A stretch of 64,000 nt of DNA, taken from assembly GCA_964539135.1 (NCBI GenBank), contig CAZIFG010000001.1, positions 83,713-147,712 of the forward strand, read 5' to 3'. Position 1 is the stretch's first letter. Each line of letters begins with the position of its first letter. Position numbers and translations under genes: made by a program. The notes under the pieces are model-generated. The model was not told the origin of the DNA. It made no database searches and worked only from the letters and a program-made list of their open reading frames with translations. This stretch comes from an uncultured Rickettsiales bacterium. GTDB lineage: Bacteria; Margulisbacteria; Marinamargulisbacteria; GCA-2716485; CAZIFG01. Of the stretch, positions 19,766 to 31,100 are shown one piece after another.

Positions 19766-20137
19766 ATGCAATTTATTTCAACAAACAAGGCCGCTCAAGC
19801 ATTGGGACATTATTCTCAGGCAGTTTCTCATGGAGGTGTTCTGTATATTTCAGGACAACTTCCTATTTACCCCAATGGAGAACTTGAATTAGGGGATATC
19901 TCTGCCCAAACTCAGGTGGCACTGGAAAATATTAAAGGGATTTTGGAGGCTTCGAATGCGACACTTCAAGATGTGTTAAAAGTGACCATTTTTATTTCGG
20001 ATATTTCGCTTTGGGCTGAGGCCAATCAGGTTTATGCGGCATTTTTTGGATCTCACAAACCAGCAAGGGCTGCAGTGCCTGTAGGTAATCTTCCTAAAGG
20101 ATTTTTAATTGAGATTGAGGCCATTGCACGCGGGTAA
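19766..20137 (+). CDS. ridA: RidA/YjgF-family reactive intermediate deaminase
   Basis: GHYSQA, SGQLP, PARAAV, IEIEAIA. Confidence 0.93.
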   Translation: MQFISTNKAAQALGHYSQAVSHGGVLYISGQLPIYPNGELELGDISAQTQVALENIKGILEASNATLQDVLKVTIFISDISLWAEANQVYAAFFGSHKPARAAVPVGNLPKGFLIEIEAIARG

Positions 20138-20211
20138 GGACTGGTTTTTGATTTTTGTATTTAGTATACTTGTTTCTAGTGTGTTGGTTTAGATTGGGAG
20201 AGGGTTAATTT

Positions 20212-20946
20212 ATGCCTATTTTATATCGTTTGTTTGTTCTTTGTTTTTTACTCTCTTTAGGTATGGGCTGTTCCCGTTCTGAATTTTATGGAGAAGCACC
20301 TTCTGGCGGTGGGGGCGGAGGCGTTTTGGAAACTCGGGGTTTGGTTGTCTCTGTTGAAAAACATCCGGAACCTGCTCTTATTTTGAGTAATGAAGGCACA
20401 ACCCGTTTATATAATGTGGATGTTTATATTGAGTTTCGATCTTTAGATCAGAGTCGACTTTCTTTTTTTGTGCGTCATTTGGACTCTATTGATCCTTCAG
20501 ATACCCCCACACGATTTTTGGTCCCTTTGCCCGCTGATTTTAAATCTTCTAACTTGGTGGTGATGTGGCAGGCGCCTTTTTCGGAACGACTTGTTTATCA
20601 AGGAAATGTCGTAGAGGGAGGGCAAGGCCTTCAACTTTTAAACGTGATTAAACAGGCTGTTGGCAATAATTTAAATTTTGATATTAGAAATTTGCGTCCT
20701 AATAAGGGTCTAGAAGGGGCAAAAGTGTCTTTAAATATCGATATAAAATTAACAGAACCCTCTGGCTTTAATTTAGATCAACAAACTTTAGCAAACGCTT
20801 ATACTCTTGCTTTGGGGGATGAAATTGCCGTTTCTTCCAATTTTACGGTTTCGGACTTAAATAAGGTCTTAGCCCGTCAGGCAGTGTTTTCTTGTGATTT
20901 TTCTTGGAAAGAAAACTTTCAAATGGGTTTATTTAACCTCTTTTAA
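20212..20946 (+). CDS. Hypothetical lipoprotein
   Basis: Signal peptide with GMGC lipobox-like motif and poly-Gly linker. Confidence 0.65.
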   Translation: MPILYRLFVLCFLLSLGMGCSRSEFYGEAPSGGGGGGVLETRGLVVSVEKHPEPALILSNEGTTRLYNVDVYIEFRSLDQSRLSFFVRHLDSIDPSDTPTRFLVPLPADFKSSNLVVMWQAPFSERLVYQGNVVEGGQGLQLLNVIKQAVGNNLNFDIRNLRPNKGLEGAKVSLNIDIKLTEPSGFNLDQQTLANAYTLALGDEIAVSSNFTVSDLNKVLARQAVFSCDFSWKENFQMGLFNLF

Positions 20947-21363
20947 TCGTATTTTTTGACCGACTTTAATGTGGTTTTTATCCACTTCGCCACCGTTTAT
21001 TTCGAGCACATATTGTGCATTTTGAGTACAACTTAGGATGGTAAGATCAAAGGGCTTGGTCCTTTTTTGGATATGTAGGATTCTATTTTGAGAGCTGATC
21101 CATATTATATCCAGTGGGATGTGGGTATTTTTCATCCACATGGCAATAGGACGTTCTTCGGGATAGACAAATAACATTCCTGCATTTTGCGGTAGGCGTG
21201 TTCTATGCATGAGCCCCAATTCTTGTTCCTGGCGATTTTTGGCTATTTCAATATCGTAACAGTGTGTTTGAATACATACCTGAGGAGAGGCTTTAATGAG
21301 TGTGGCAAAAAAAAAGCTTGCCATGATGAGGCAAGCTTTATAAGTGGCGCGCACTTTTTGCAT
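20929..21363 (-). CDS. DUF192-family protein
   Basis: GLMHR, GMLF, MWMKNTHIPLDIIWI, YVLEINGG. Confidence 0.9.
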   Translation of the reverse strand: MQKVRATYKACLIMASFFFATLIKASPQVCIQTHCYDIEIAKNRQEQELGLMHRTRLPQNAGMLFVYPEERPIAMWMKNTHIPLDIIWISSQNRILHIQKRTKPFDLTILSCTQNAQYVLEINGGEVDKNHIKVGQKIRLKEVK

Positions 21364-21369
21364 TCTTGT

Positions 21370-21804
21370 TTATGCTTTGGGTTTGGTTTCTTTTTTAGGA
21401 CTTGTTTTTTTAGGGGCAGCCTCTTTTTTAATGGTTTCTTTTTTAGCAGCGGTTTTTTTAGCTGCTGGTTTTTTTGCTGCTGGTTTTTTAACGGCTGTTT
21501 TTTTAGTAGCAGTCTTTTTTACTGGGGATTCTGATTTTTCTTGAGATTGTGCTTCGTTCACTTTTGCCATGAGTCTGGATTTGTTTCTAGCCGCTTTATT
21601 GGGATGAATGATGCCTTTGCCTGCCACATCATCAATGAGTCGAAGTGCTCTTTTAACAGTTTCAAAGGCATCTGTTGCATTTTCTGTGATAGCGGAAAGG
21701 GCGGATTTAATGGACGTTTTCATTTTTGATTTAAAATGTACGTTTCTTTCTCTGTTACGTTCGTTTGTTCGAATTCGTTTTATTGCTGATTTGCTATGCG
21801 CCAT
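21370..21804 (-). CDS. rpsT: 30S ribosomal protein S20 with Lys/Ala/Pro-rich C-terminal extension
   Basis: MAHSKSAIKRIR, KGIIHPNKAARNKSRL. Confidence 0.95.
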   Translation of the reverse strand: MAHSKSAIKRIRTNERNRERNVHFKSKMKTSIKSALSAITENATDAFETVKRALRLIDDVAGKGIIHPNKAARNKSRLMAKVNEAQSQEKSESPVKKTATKKTAVKKPAAKKPAAKKTAAKKETIKKEAAPKKTSPKKETKPKA

Positions 21805-21864
21805 CGTTATAATCCTTCTTAATTAATTTTGTCTCTTTTTACTCAGTCAATTTGTTTTAAATGA

Positions 21865-21894
21865 TTGACAGTCAAACTGACAATTCGTTATTAT
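21865..21894 (+). promoter_or_regulatory. Sigma70-like promoter for accDA; its -35 lies in a TTGAC-A-GTCAA palindrome
   Basis: TTGACA (21865-21870), 18 bp, TATTAT (21889-21894) in the divergent rpsT/accD gap. Confidence 0.5.
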
Positions 21895-21925
21895 GAACAC
21901 AAAATTCTAACGGTAGATTTTAAAT

Positions 21926-22792
21926 ATGTCAATAATTGATTGGTTTGCTAAACGTAAACGAGCACGCAGCTCAACTTCGAAACTGAATATCCCAGGGGAT
22001 CTTTGGATTAAATGCCCTACATGTTCTACAGCTTTGTTTTCTAAGGATTTAGAAAATACCTTTAAGGTGTGCAGTAAGTGTCAGTATCATTTTAGATTGA
22101 CGCCAGAGGAACGACTTCTTTATTTTTTTGATTCCCATTCTTTTACTGAGACGGATGCGTCTTTAAGTCCTGTGGATTTTTTGCATTTTAAAGATACTGA
22201 GGATTATGCCAAACGTATTGCTAAAACGGTGAAAAAAATAAAGCATAATGATGCTATTGTGATTGGGGAAGCAACGCTTTTAGGTAAAAAAGTGAATGTT
22301 GGGATTATGAATTTCTTTTATATGGGGGGGTCTATGGGGTCTGTTGTGGGGGAAAAAGTGACCCGCTTGATTGAAGCTGCCTGTGACAATCACCATCCTG
22401 TTTTACTCTTTACCTCTTCTGGAGGCGCACGGATGCAAGAGGGTATTCTGAGTTTAATGCAAATGGCAAAAACCAGTGCGGCTTTGGCACGTTTGGCCGA
22501 TCATGGGGTGCCTTATATTACCATTCTATGTGATCCCACGACGGGGGGAACGTCTGCCAGTTATGCCATGTTAGGGGATGTTCATATCGCGGAGCCAGAT
22601 GCCTTGATTTCTTTTGCAGGTCCACGGGTTATTGAACAAACCATTCGTCAAAAATTGCCTAAGGGATTTCAAAAATCTGATTTTTTACTCGCACATGGCA
22701 TGATTGATATGGTGGTTCATCGCAGTCAGCTTAAACAGCGTCTGTATGATATGGTCACTTTGTTAGATCCTCGTGTTAAGGACGTTTCATGA
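21926..22792 (+). CDS. accD: Acetyl-CoA carboxylase carboxyltransferase beta subunit
   Basis: C4 zinc ribbon, GGSMGSVVGEK, SGGARMQEG, FAGPRVI. Confidence 0.97.
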   Translation: MSIIDWFAKRKRARSSTSKLNIPGDLWIKCPTCSTALFSKDLENTFKVCSKCQYHFRLTPEERLLYFFDSHSFTETDASLSPVDFLHFKDTEDYAKRIAKTVKKIKHNDAIVIGEATLLGKKVNVGIMNFFYMGGSMGSVVGEKVTRLIEAACDNHHPVLLFTSSGGARMQEGILSLMQMAKTSAALARLADHGVPYITILCDPTTGGTSASYAMLGDVHIAEPDALISFAGPRVIEQTIRQKLPKGFQKSDFLLAHGMIDMVVHRSQLKQRLYDMVTLLDPRVKDVS

Positions 22793-23742
22793 AATATTTA
22801 GAATTTGAAAAGCCGCTTGCCGATTTATATGAAAAAATTGAGCAACTTAAAGCCTTATCTGCGGATGACACTATTGATATGGATCAGGAAATTGCTCGCA
22901 TTGAAAAGCGTGCAAAAGTGCTTAAAGTTAAAATATTTGATGCTTTAACGCCCACTCAAATTGTACAGTTGTCACGCCATCCTAATAGACCTGATTCTTT
23001 GAGTTTATTTCAACTTTTGTCTCAGACCTTTATTCCCCTTCATGGCGATCGTTTGTTTAGAGATGATCCGTCTATTGTAGGGGGGATTGCCTCTGTTTCG
23101 GGGCATCGTGTGATGTTTATTGGGCATCAAAAAGGACATGATACAAAAGAAAATATTTACCGAAATTTTGGGATGCCCCATCCTGAAGGCTATAGAAAGG
23201 CCTTGCGCTTGATGAAGATGGCTGAGAAGTTTAATATGCCTATTGTGACTTTTATTGATACACCAGGTGCCTATCCTGGGATAGAGGCAGAAGAGCGTGG
23301 CCAGGCAGAAGCCATTGCACGGAACTTAAGAGAAATGTCTGTACTTAAAGTCCCCATTATTACTTTTGTCATTGGAGAAGGTGGTTCTGGCGGCGCTTTG
23401 GCTATTGGGGTTTCTGATCGGGTGTATATGTTGCAATATAGTACCTATTCGGTGATTTCGCCTGAGGGCTGCGCCTCTATTTTATTTAGAGATGCTAAAA
23501 ATGCAGGACGTGCGGCAGAGAGCTTGAAAATTACAGCACCTGATGTTGTGTCTTTGGGTGTTTCGGATGGGATTATTCCTGAGCCTCTGGGGGGTGCCCA
23601 CCAAAATTGGCAGGAAACCTCAGATTCTATTTTGAAGGTTATTTTGAAAGATATTTCGATTCTTCAAAAAAAATCAGTTCAAAAATTATTGGATGAGCGC
23701 TATCTTAAATTTAGAAAAATGGGCGTTTTTGAAGAAAAATAG
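22789..23742 (+). CDS. accA: Acetyl-CoA carboxylase carboxyltransferase alpha subunit
   Basis: LEFEKP, PEGYRKALR, DTPGAYPG, GEGGSGGA. Confidence 0.97.
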   Translation: MKYLEFEKPLADLYEKIEQLKALSADDTIDMDQEIARIEKRAKVLKVKIFDALTPTQIVQLSRHPNRPDSLSLFQLLSQTFIPLHGDRLFRDDPSIVGGIASVSGHRVMFIGHQKGHDTKENIYRNFGMPHPEGYRKALRLMKMAEKFNMPIVTFIDTPGAYPGIEAEERGQAEAIARNLREMSVLKVPIITFVIGEGGSGGALAIGVSDRVYMLQYSTYSVISPEGCASILFRDAKNAGRAAESLKITAPDVVSLGVSDGIIPEPLGGAHQNWQETSDSILKVILKDISILQKKSVQKLLDERYLKFRKMGVFEEK

Positions 23743-23884
23743 TTTCTTTTATTTTTTATATTACGTTTTGTAGCTTGGCTTGTTATTATAGAATCAGTTT
23801 ATTTCAATCGCAGGTGCTTTCTGTTTTATAAAAATGTTATTTCTGGATCTTAAAGTTCTTTTACTATATTTTATAGGTGTTTCT

Positions 23885-24835
23885 CTAGGCCTTTGAGATT
23901 TCTTTTTCTTTATTAAAGGTTGGAAACATGGCTAAAATAGGGCTGGCAATGAAAATAGAAGAATAGGTTCCTGCCACAATTCCAATAAAGAGTGTTAGGC
24001 AAAAATCATGGATGGTACTTCCGCCAAAGATGAGAAGAGAGGCAACCATAATGATGGCGGTTGCGGAGGTATTGATGGTACGCCCAAAGGTTTGATTGAT
24101 GGCCACGTTCAAGGTTGTTTCTACTGACTGAGGGTTTTTTTGTAAGGATATATTTTCTCGGATCCGGTCAAAAATAACGATAGTATCATTAATGGAGTAT
24201 CCCAATATGGTTAACATGGCGCCTACAAACCCACTGTCAATTTCAATGCCTAGGATAGAGGCAATGCTGATGGTTACTAAGGCATCATGAACCAATGCTA
24301 CGATGGCCCCGACGCCATACTGATATTTAAAGCGTACTGTGACATATCCCAATATAGCTAAGCAAACAGTCACAAAAATAAGGGTGGATTTTCCTCTTAA
24401 TTCAGCCCCTACACTTGGGCCAATCAGATCAATTTCTAAAATTTCTACTTCCCCTAATTTTTCTTTAACAGCATTAATAATGTCTTGAGAATTGGCAACA
24501 TTCGATCCGGTGGTTTTGATTATAATTTCATTGCTTTTTGAAATTTGAATGACACTTCCCTTAATGTTTAAGCTGTCTAAGCTTTCTCGTACTTTTTGGG
24601 TAAAATTGATGTTGATGTCTTCAATGTCTGTTTTGTTTGTGTTTCCTGCTTGAATGGCGGATAATTTTTCAGATTTTAACATGATGGTTTGACCGCCTAC
24701 GAAGTCAATCCCGTAGTTGAGTGCAGGTTGATGGTTGATTGCACGTATTGCCATGAGTGAAAAGCCTGTGATTATAATTCCAAATGAGATTATAAACCAT
24801 AAATTTCTTTTTTCTATAATTTTGAATTGCGTCAT
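23885..24835 (-). CDS. secF: Protein translocase subunit SecF
   Basis: GIDFVGG, HDALVT, GYSINDTIVIFDRIREN. Confidence 0.96.
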   Translation of the reverse strand: MTQFKIIEKRNLWFIISFGIIITGFSLMAIRAINHQPALNYGIDFVGGQTIMLKSEKLSAIQAGNTNKTDIEDININFTQKVRESLDSLNIKGSVIQISKSNEIIIKTTGSNVANSQDIINAVKEKLGEVEILEIDLIGPSVGAELRGKSTLIFVTVCLAILGYVTVRFKYQYGVGAIVALVHDALVTISIASILGIEIDSGFVGAMLTILGYSINDTIVIFDRIRENISLQKNPQSVETTLNVAINQTFGRTINTSATAIIMVASLLIFGGSTIHDFCLTLFIGIVAGTYSSIFIASPILAMFPTFNKEKEISKA

Positions 24836-26142
24836 TATTTTTTCACCACAAGTTGTTTATTTGTTAATTCTGTTACGGCATCTAAAAGAAGTCTTGTGAG
24901 GGTAATGGCTGTGAACATACTCACTAGAATTCCAATTGTGAGTGTTACCGCAAATCCTTTAATGGAGCCTGTTCCTAAAATAAATAAGGCAGCGGCTCCA
25001 ATTAATGTGGTTACATTGGCGTCTACAATGGTTTTGAAGGCAGATTGAAATCCAATAGAAATGGCCATATTCATCGGGATTCCACGCTTTTTTTCTTCTT
25101 TAATGCGTTCAAAAATAATCACATTCGCATCTACAGCAATTCCAATTGTTAAAATAAATCCAGCCATTCCTTGAAGGGTTAGGGTGGCACCAATGAGCTT
25201 TAATGTGGCATAGGAGACTAAGGTGTAGATCAGTAGGGCAATCCCGGAAATTAGGCCTGGAATTTTATAAAATCCGATCATATACAGGCAAACAATCACA
25301 AACCCAATCACACAGGCGATTTGACTTTTTTTGATAGAATCTTGTCCCAGGGTAGGACCTACAATTTTATTGGAGATAATTTCTACAGGAACAGGTAAGG
25401 CACCTGCTTTTAGTTTGACCACAAGATCTCTCATTTCAGCAATTGAAAAATGGCCTGAAATTTGGGCTTTCCCCCCTGTAATGGGTTCGTTAATATTCGG
25501 AGCAGAGATGATTTTGCCATCTAATATAATGGCGAGTGGTTTTCCCGCATGTTGTGTTGTTACGGTTTGAAATTTCTGGGCGCCTTCTGAATTAAATTCT
25601 ATATTTACAACAGGATCTCCGTATTGAGATGTTCCTGGATTGGCTGTTTTTAAATCTTTTCCTGTTAATACGGTTTCTTTTAAAATAATAGGGGTTCGAA
25701 CAATGCGTCCTTCTGGAGTTTTTCCTTCCAAATATCCTATCTTTCCATTTCCGATGAGGGTATCCTGATCCGCTTGAGGTAAATTTTCAATTCCAGGAGG
25801 TGCCCATTCCGCTTCTACAAATTCAAGTTGTGCTGTTTCGCCAATCAGTTTTAAGGCGCGTTCTGGATCTGTTACGCCTGGAAGTTCCACTACAATTTGT
25901 CTGCTGCCTTTACTTCGGATACTGATCTCAGAGGTTCCTGTGCTGTTGAGTCGATTTCGGATAACGTCCATAACTCCTAAAATAGCGTCTCCATCTACTT
26001 TTCTATCATCGGTGTCTTTTGCTTCTAAAACAACACTCATTCCGCCCTGAAGGTCTAGACCTAGTATCAGTGGTTTTTTGAATAAAACCACGATGGAAAG
26101 GATGATAATGAGTAGTGTAAGTACGAGTTTTATGTTTTTCAT
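24835..26142 (-). CDS. secD: Protein translocase subunit SecD
   Basis: LGLDLQGG, VGPTLG, AVDANVIIFERIKEE. Confidence 0.96.
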   Translation of the reverse strand: MKNIKLVLTLLIIILSIVVLFKKPLILGLDLQGGMSVVLEAKDTDDRKVDGDAILGVMDVIRNRLNSTGTSEISIRSKGSRQIVVELPGVTDPERALKLIGETAQLEFVEAEWAPPGIENLPQADQDTLIGNGKIGYLEGKTPEGRIVRTPIILKETVLTGKDLKTANPGTSQYGDPVVNIEFNSEGAQKFQTVTTQHAGKPLAIILDGKIISAPNINEPITGGKAQISGHFSIAEMRDLVVKLKAGALPVPVEIISNKIVGPTLGQDSIKKSQIACVIGFVIVCLYMIGFYKIPGLISGIALLIYTLVSYATLKLIGATLTLQGMAGFILTIGIAVDANVIIFERIKEEKKRGIPMNMAISIGFQSAFKTIVDANVTTLIGAAALFILGTGSIKGFAVTLTIGILVSMFTAITLTRLLLDAVTELTNKQLVVKK

Positions 26143-26194
26143 GATTGAGTCCTCATTATATTATATTTATAATTCGCATTACAAGATCTATCTT

Positions 26195-26267
26195 GGAATT
26201 GTTGCGAAATACCTATTTTGGCCATCTGCTGTGTTATCCTTGTCCTCAAATTCTTCGCAATAGACCC
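26195..26267 (+). mobile_element. Internally deleted (73-bp) copy of the palindromic MITE/RPE-like element
   Basis: Left arm GGAATTGTTGCGAAATACCTATTTTGGCCATCTGCTGTGTTATCC, right end TTCGCAATAGACCC; ATCTT direct repeats at 26190-26194 and 26268-26272. Confidence 0.85.
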
Positions 26268-26270
26268 ATC

Positions 26271-27749
26271 TTAGTCTTTGGTTTTCATGTGAGGGAAAAA
26301 TAAAACATCTCGAATGGAATTGGAATCGGTCATGAGCATCACAATTCTATCAATTCCTAAACCCAATCCGCCTGTTGGGGGCATGCCATATTTGAGGGCT
26401 GTTATAAAATCGGTATCCATTAAATGGGCTTCGTCATCGCCAGCTTCTCTGGCTTTGACCTGATCTTCAAATCGGCTTTCTTGATCTATGGGGTCATTTA
26501 GTTCTGAAAAGGCATTTGCAATTTCCATACCGTGAATGACCAATTCAAAACGTTCTACAAGATCGGGGGCATTTCTGTGTTTTTTTGCCAACGGAGACGT
26601 TTCCCATGGATAGTCCAAAATAAAGGTGGGTTGTATCAATTTGTCTTCGACACATTCGTCATATAATTTTCCGATTAAACTTCCTCTCGGGAGGATTTGG
26701 GCGTCTTTAATGCCGATTTCTATGGCTTTTTTTCTCATGCTGGCTTCGGAACTGACATCGATGTTTCCAATATTTTTTAAGGCGTCTAACATGGTGATTC
26801 TCTGAAAGGGCGTTTTAAACGAGATCTCAGTACCTTTATAGGTCAGCGTATCTGAACCCTTTATTTTTTGGACCAATGTAGAGAGTAAATTTTCGGTTAA
26901 GTTCATCATGTCGGTGTAATCTGCATAGGCTTGGTATAATTCTAAAAGCGTATATTCAGGATTGTGTTTATAGGAAACACCTTCGTTTCTAAACACTCGG
27001 CCGATTTCAAATATTTTTTCAAATCCACCTACGATCAGACGTTTTAGGGGTAATTCTAGCGATATTCTTAAGTAGAGATCTTGTCCCAGTTCATTATGAT
27101 GGGTTTTAAATGGTTTTGCTGCAGCGCCGCCATATAGATGATTGAGAACGGGTGTTTCTACTTCCATAAATTCTTGAAGCCCTAAGTAGTCACGAATGAG
27201 ATGGATGGTTTTAGATCGTGTTTTGAAGGTTTCTTTGACGTCTGAATTGGCAATTAAATCGATATAACGTTGTCTGTATCGCACTTCAATATCTTGTAAA
27301 CCATGGTATTTTTCAGGTAGGGGCAGCAGTGTTTTGGATAGCAGTTGACAGCTGCTTATTCTAATCGAAAGTTCGCCTCTTTGTGTTTTAAATGGTTTTC
27401 CTGTAATCCCGACAATGTCTCCGATGTCCAAATGGGTAATTTCTTCAAAGGACTCCACTCCAATTTCATCGGCTTTCGCATAAAATTGGATGATGCCGTA
27501 TTCATCTTCTATGTTGCCAAAAATGGCTTTTCCATGTCCCCGTTTGGCGATTAAACGTCCAGCGGTTTGTACACTATCGGTGCAGGGCTGTGAGGGGTCT
27601 ATGGCTTCGTATTTATTGATAATTTCACTTATTTTTTGGTGTTTATCAAAGGCATGAACATAGGGATTTTCTCCCTTTTCAATTAAGGCCTGACGTTTTT
27701 CAAGTCGAAGATCTGCTTCAGATTGAGCCCCATTTTCGGATGTGTTCAT
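26271..27749 (-). CDS. lysS: Lysine--tRNA ligase (class II)
   Basis: RYRQRY, EVETP, FRNEG, HNPEY, YGMPPTGGLGLGIDR. Confidence 0.97.
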   Translation of the reverse strand: MNTSENGAQSEADLRLEKRQALIEKGENPYVHAFDKHQKISEIINKYEAIDPSQPCTDSVQTAGRLIAKRGHGKAIFGNIEDEYGIIQFYAKADEIGVESFEEITHLDIGDIVGITGKPFKTQRGELSIRISSCQLLSKTLLPLPEKYHGLQDIEVRYRQRYIDLIANSDVKETFKTRSKTIHLIRDYLGLQEFMEVETPVLNHLYGGAAAKPFKTHHNELGQDLYLRISLELPLKRLIVGGFEKIFEIGRVFRNEGVSYKHNPEYTLLELYQAYADYTDMMNLTENLLSTLVQKIKGSDTLTYKGTEISFKTPFQRITMLDALKNIGNIDVSSEASMRKKAIEIGIKDAQILPRGSLIGKLYDECVEDKLIQPTFILDYPWETSPLAKKHRNAPDLVERFELVIHGMEIANAFSELNDPIDQESRFEDQVKAREAGDDEAHLMDTDFITALKYGMPPTGGLGLGIDRIVMLMTDSNSIRDVLFFPHMKTKD

Positions 27750-27755
27750 GATGGT

Positions 27756-28142
27756 TTAGTTTTGATTGAGTTGGTTAATGGCATCTTTTTCACTGGTAAA
27801 TACGCCCATTTTCTCTGACATTTTGGTGATGTCTAAAACTCTTTTTACGTCTTTGGAGGGATTTAATAAGATCAGCTGACTGTTATGCGCCATTGCTTTT
27901 TTGTGCCCTTCAAACAAGGCCCATAAGCCAGAAGAATCGATATAACTTACATTGGACATGTCGATGATGACTTTTTTACTGCCTTCTTCTAGGACATTAT
28001 TCACCATTTCGACGAAATGCGCCTGATTTTCTATGTCTAGTTCTATGGCGCCTTTTATGTTTGTTTTGTCTTCGTTTAGATCTTTACCTACGAGTACTTT
28101 TGTAATGGTATCATTGTTGATTAATTGTTTTACAAATTCCAT
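27756..28142 (-). CDS. STAS-domain anti-sigma factor antagonist (RsbV/SpoIIAA-like)
   Basis: IIDMSNVSYIDSSGL with the phosphorylatable Ser. Confidence 0.9.
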   Translation of the reverse strand: MEFVKQLINNDTITKVLVGKDLNEDKTNIKGAIELDIENQAHFVEMVNNVLEEGSKKVIIDMSNVSYIDSSGLWALFEGHKKAMAHNSQLILLNPSKDVKRVLDITKMSEKMGVFTSEKDAINQLNQN

Positions 28143-28189
28143 CTGATTTCTCCCTTGCGTATCTGCCTTTAATGAAGGCTTCGTTTATT

Positions 28190-31100
28190 TTACGACTTTT
28201 TGATCTTTTTGACTAATTTTAATTCTGTGCCTGTATGAAGCGGTTTAAATACCACTTCATCCATAATGTTATTGATTAAAAACATTCCGAGTCCAGATCC
28301 TTCGAGTCCTTTGATATCGGTTTCTCTATTTTTAGTTGTTTTTTGGTCGGTTCCCTTGCCGTAGTCTTTCATGATTAAGATGAGTTTATCGCTATATTTT
28401 TCAAATTTAAAGAGGATATCGCCGTCTTCGCTTCCAAAATAGGCATGTTCTATGACATTGGCTTGAGCTTCGTTTATGGCCAATTTAATATCAAAAATAT
28501 CCGAATCTTCAAATCCGATTTCTTTGCATATTTTTTCGGTTAAATCGCGAATGACTTTAATGTTTGCTTTGGAACTGGTGACTGTTTTTTCAATGATTTT
28601 TAAGGGCACTTCTTCTTTATTTTGATAGTGCATATCGTATTTAAAACTGACAACCGTGAAATCATCGTGAGGCGGTTCTGATTCTGAAAAATCCAATATT
28701 TCTTCATGCAAATTGAGCACTAAATCTTTTGTAGGAAGATTTTGATTTTCTTGAATAAATTTTTGGAGTTTTTTAATGCCGTAACTTTTCCCTTTTTTAT
28801 TTCGGGCTTCAATAATGCCATCTGTATATAAAAATATGATGTCGCCTTGCGATAATTTTAGTGTTTTTTCACTGAATTCTGAATCCGGAAAGGCACCTAA
28901 AGGATAATCGGAGGATTCGATGAGAGTAAATTGATGATTGCTATAAAAAAGACCGGGCTCATGACCTGCGTTACAATAGGTGAAGGTTTCTGTTTCTGGA
29001 TCTAGAATGCCATAGATGAGAGGGAGGAATTTATTGTTTACAGGATCATCGTGTAGGACATTGTTTACTTTATATAAAGCATTGCTGGGGCTGTCGAATT
29101 CTTTGAGGTGATTATGGAGCATGCTTTTGAGCATTCCCATATAAAGTCCGGCGGGAATACCTTTCCCAATGATGTCTGCGATGACAATACCAATTTTTCC
29201 GTCTTTTAGGTAAAAGAAATCGTAGTAATCTCCGCCAATTTGTCGGGCAGGGATACTGATGGCTCCAAAAGAGAGTTTGGGAATATTGGGAAGTTTGGAG
29301 GGGAGTAATTTACTTTGAATATCTGTGGCTACTTTGAGTTCTTGATCTATTTTTTCTTTTTTAAGCTGTTCTTGATACAAAATGGCATTGTGTATTGCGG
29401 TTCCTGAGAGATTCGTGATTGTTGAGAGTGTTTCTATATCATCTTTAGTTAGTGTTTCTGTTCCATCTTCTTTTCTTCGGACGATATTGACAACTCCAAT
29501 GACTTCATCTTTGATGATAATGGGCAAACAAATATAACAATCGATGAGTATTTTTATTTTTTCAGTATCTACAATTCGATTGCTGGAGTAGTTCTCAATG
29601 ATGCATCTTTTTTTGGTGTTGATGACCTGCTCAGAAATGGTGGTTCCTTTTTTGAGTCGGTAAAATCGTCGTATTTTATCGGGAAAATTGGAGTGAACTT
29701 TAGAGTAAAATACTTTGTCTTGTTTGAGCTGAATGGACCCCATGCTGGCATTAATGATGCCGAGCAAAAACTCCATTAAGATAGAAAGTAATTTTTCTAG
29801 ATTGGGAATGGATTGGATGACGTCATTGACTTGATTGATGACTTTTAAGCGCTGTTCGTTTATTCGTGCGGCTTTTTGAGATTCTGTGATATCTCTTAGC
29901 ACAATAACAGTTCCCATTTGCCCTGCTTCGTTGTTGATAACGGGGGTGATATTGGCAGAATACACCGCATTTTGATGGCTGATTTCTTTGTTTAAACAGG
30001 GTTTCTTATTTTTTACAACTGATTCGTATAGCGTTAAAATATGAAGATCTTGAAATTTTTTGGCTATTTTTTCAAATTTGTGTTCTTCATTTGAATGGAT
30101 TTGGATGAGTTCTGCTGCAGGGGGGTTATAAATGATGAGGTTATGATGTTCGTCTAACATCATAACAGGGTCTTTCATGGATTGAATGAGGGATTCTATC
30201 TTTGATTTTTCCAATTCTTTTATGATTTTGAGTCGACCTAGATTGGAGGCCAATTGGTTCGCCATTGTATGTAAAAAAGTCATTTCATTTCTTGAAAATG
30301 CATTGGGTAGTGTTGAGGAGATGCTGATCATTCCAATGACTTCTTCTTTGAAAATTAAGGGGACATTTGCAATGGATTTGATGCTGTCTGTTTTGGAGGC
30401 TTTTTTTAAGCTGGTGTAATTTTTTTCGACACTTACTTTTAACTTTTCGGGCTGTAGTTCCGATTTTAGAAAGGGGGAAATGGCAGATATAGTGTTTTCG
30501 TTTAATTTTTCAATGATGCTTGTTTGGAGGGGGGTATTAATTCTGATAATTAGTTCCCCATAAGGCGAGAAATTAAGTAGAAGTACGGAACAGGCTTCGA
30601 AATTGAGTACTTTTACAAGGGCATCTAAAAGAATGCCTGTGATTTGAGTATAATTTAAGGTGTAACTTAATGCATTTGAGGTGTCATGTAGAGCTGTTAA
30701 TTCTAAGACGCGGCGCCTTAAATTTTCTTCGTCTTTTTTGATGCGTTGTGTGAGGGCTTGTTTGTCAGACAATAGGCTTTCTAGTCGTTGATGGATGATC
30801 AGCTGATCCATTGCCATACTTGCATTTTCTATGAGAGGTTTGAGTGTTTTACACAAGGTGTGCACATCACTTATTTCTTTTTTATCAGCCCAGTTGTGCA
30901 TGACAACCATTACTTTGATTTCTTTGTCTGTTGTGGGCATGGTGCAATATAGAATATCTTGACAGGGATAATTGAATTTTTTTTGGTCTTTTATCACTTG
31001 TTCTTGATCTATTTGAGGGTTGTTTTCGCGGTGATTTATATAGGTAAAATAGTTTTCTACTTTATAGGGATTGGCTGAGATTTGTTTGATTAACCATAGT

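Noticed and set aside
19699-19788. N-terminal extension of AroK
   Set aside because: It overlaps the divergent ridA start, and the ATG at 19698 gives a normal-length enzyme.
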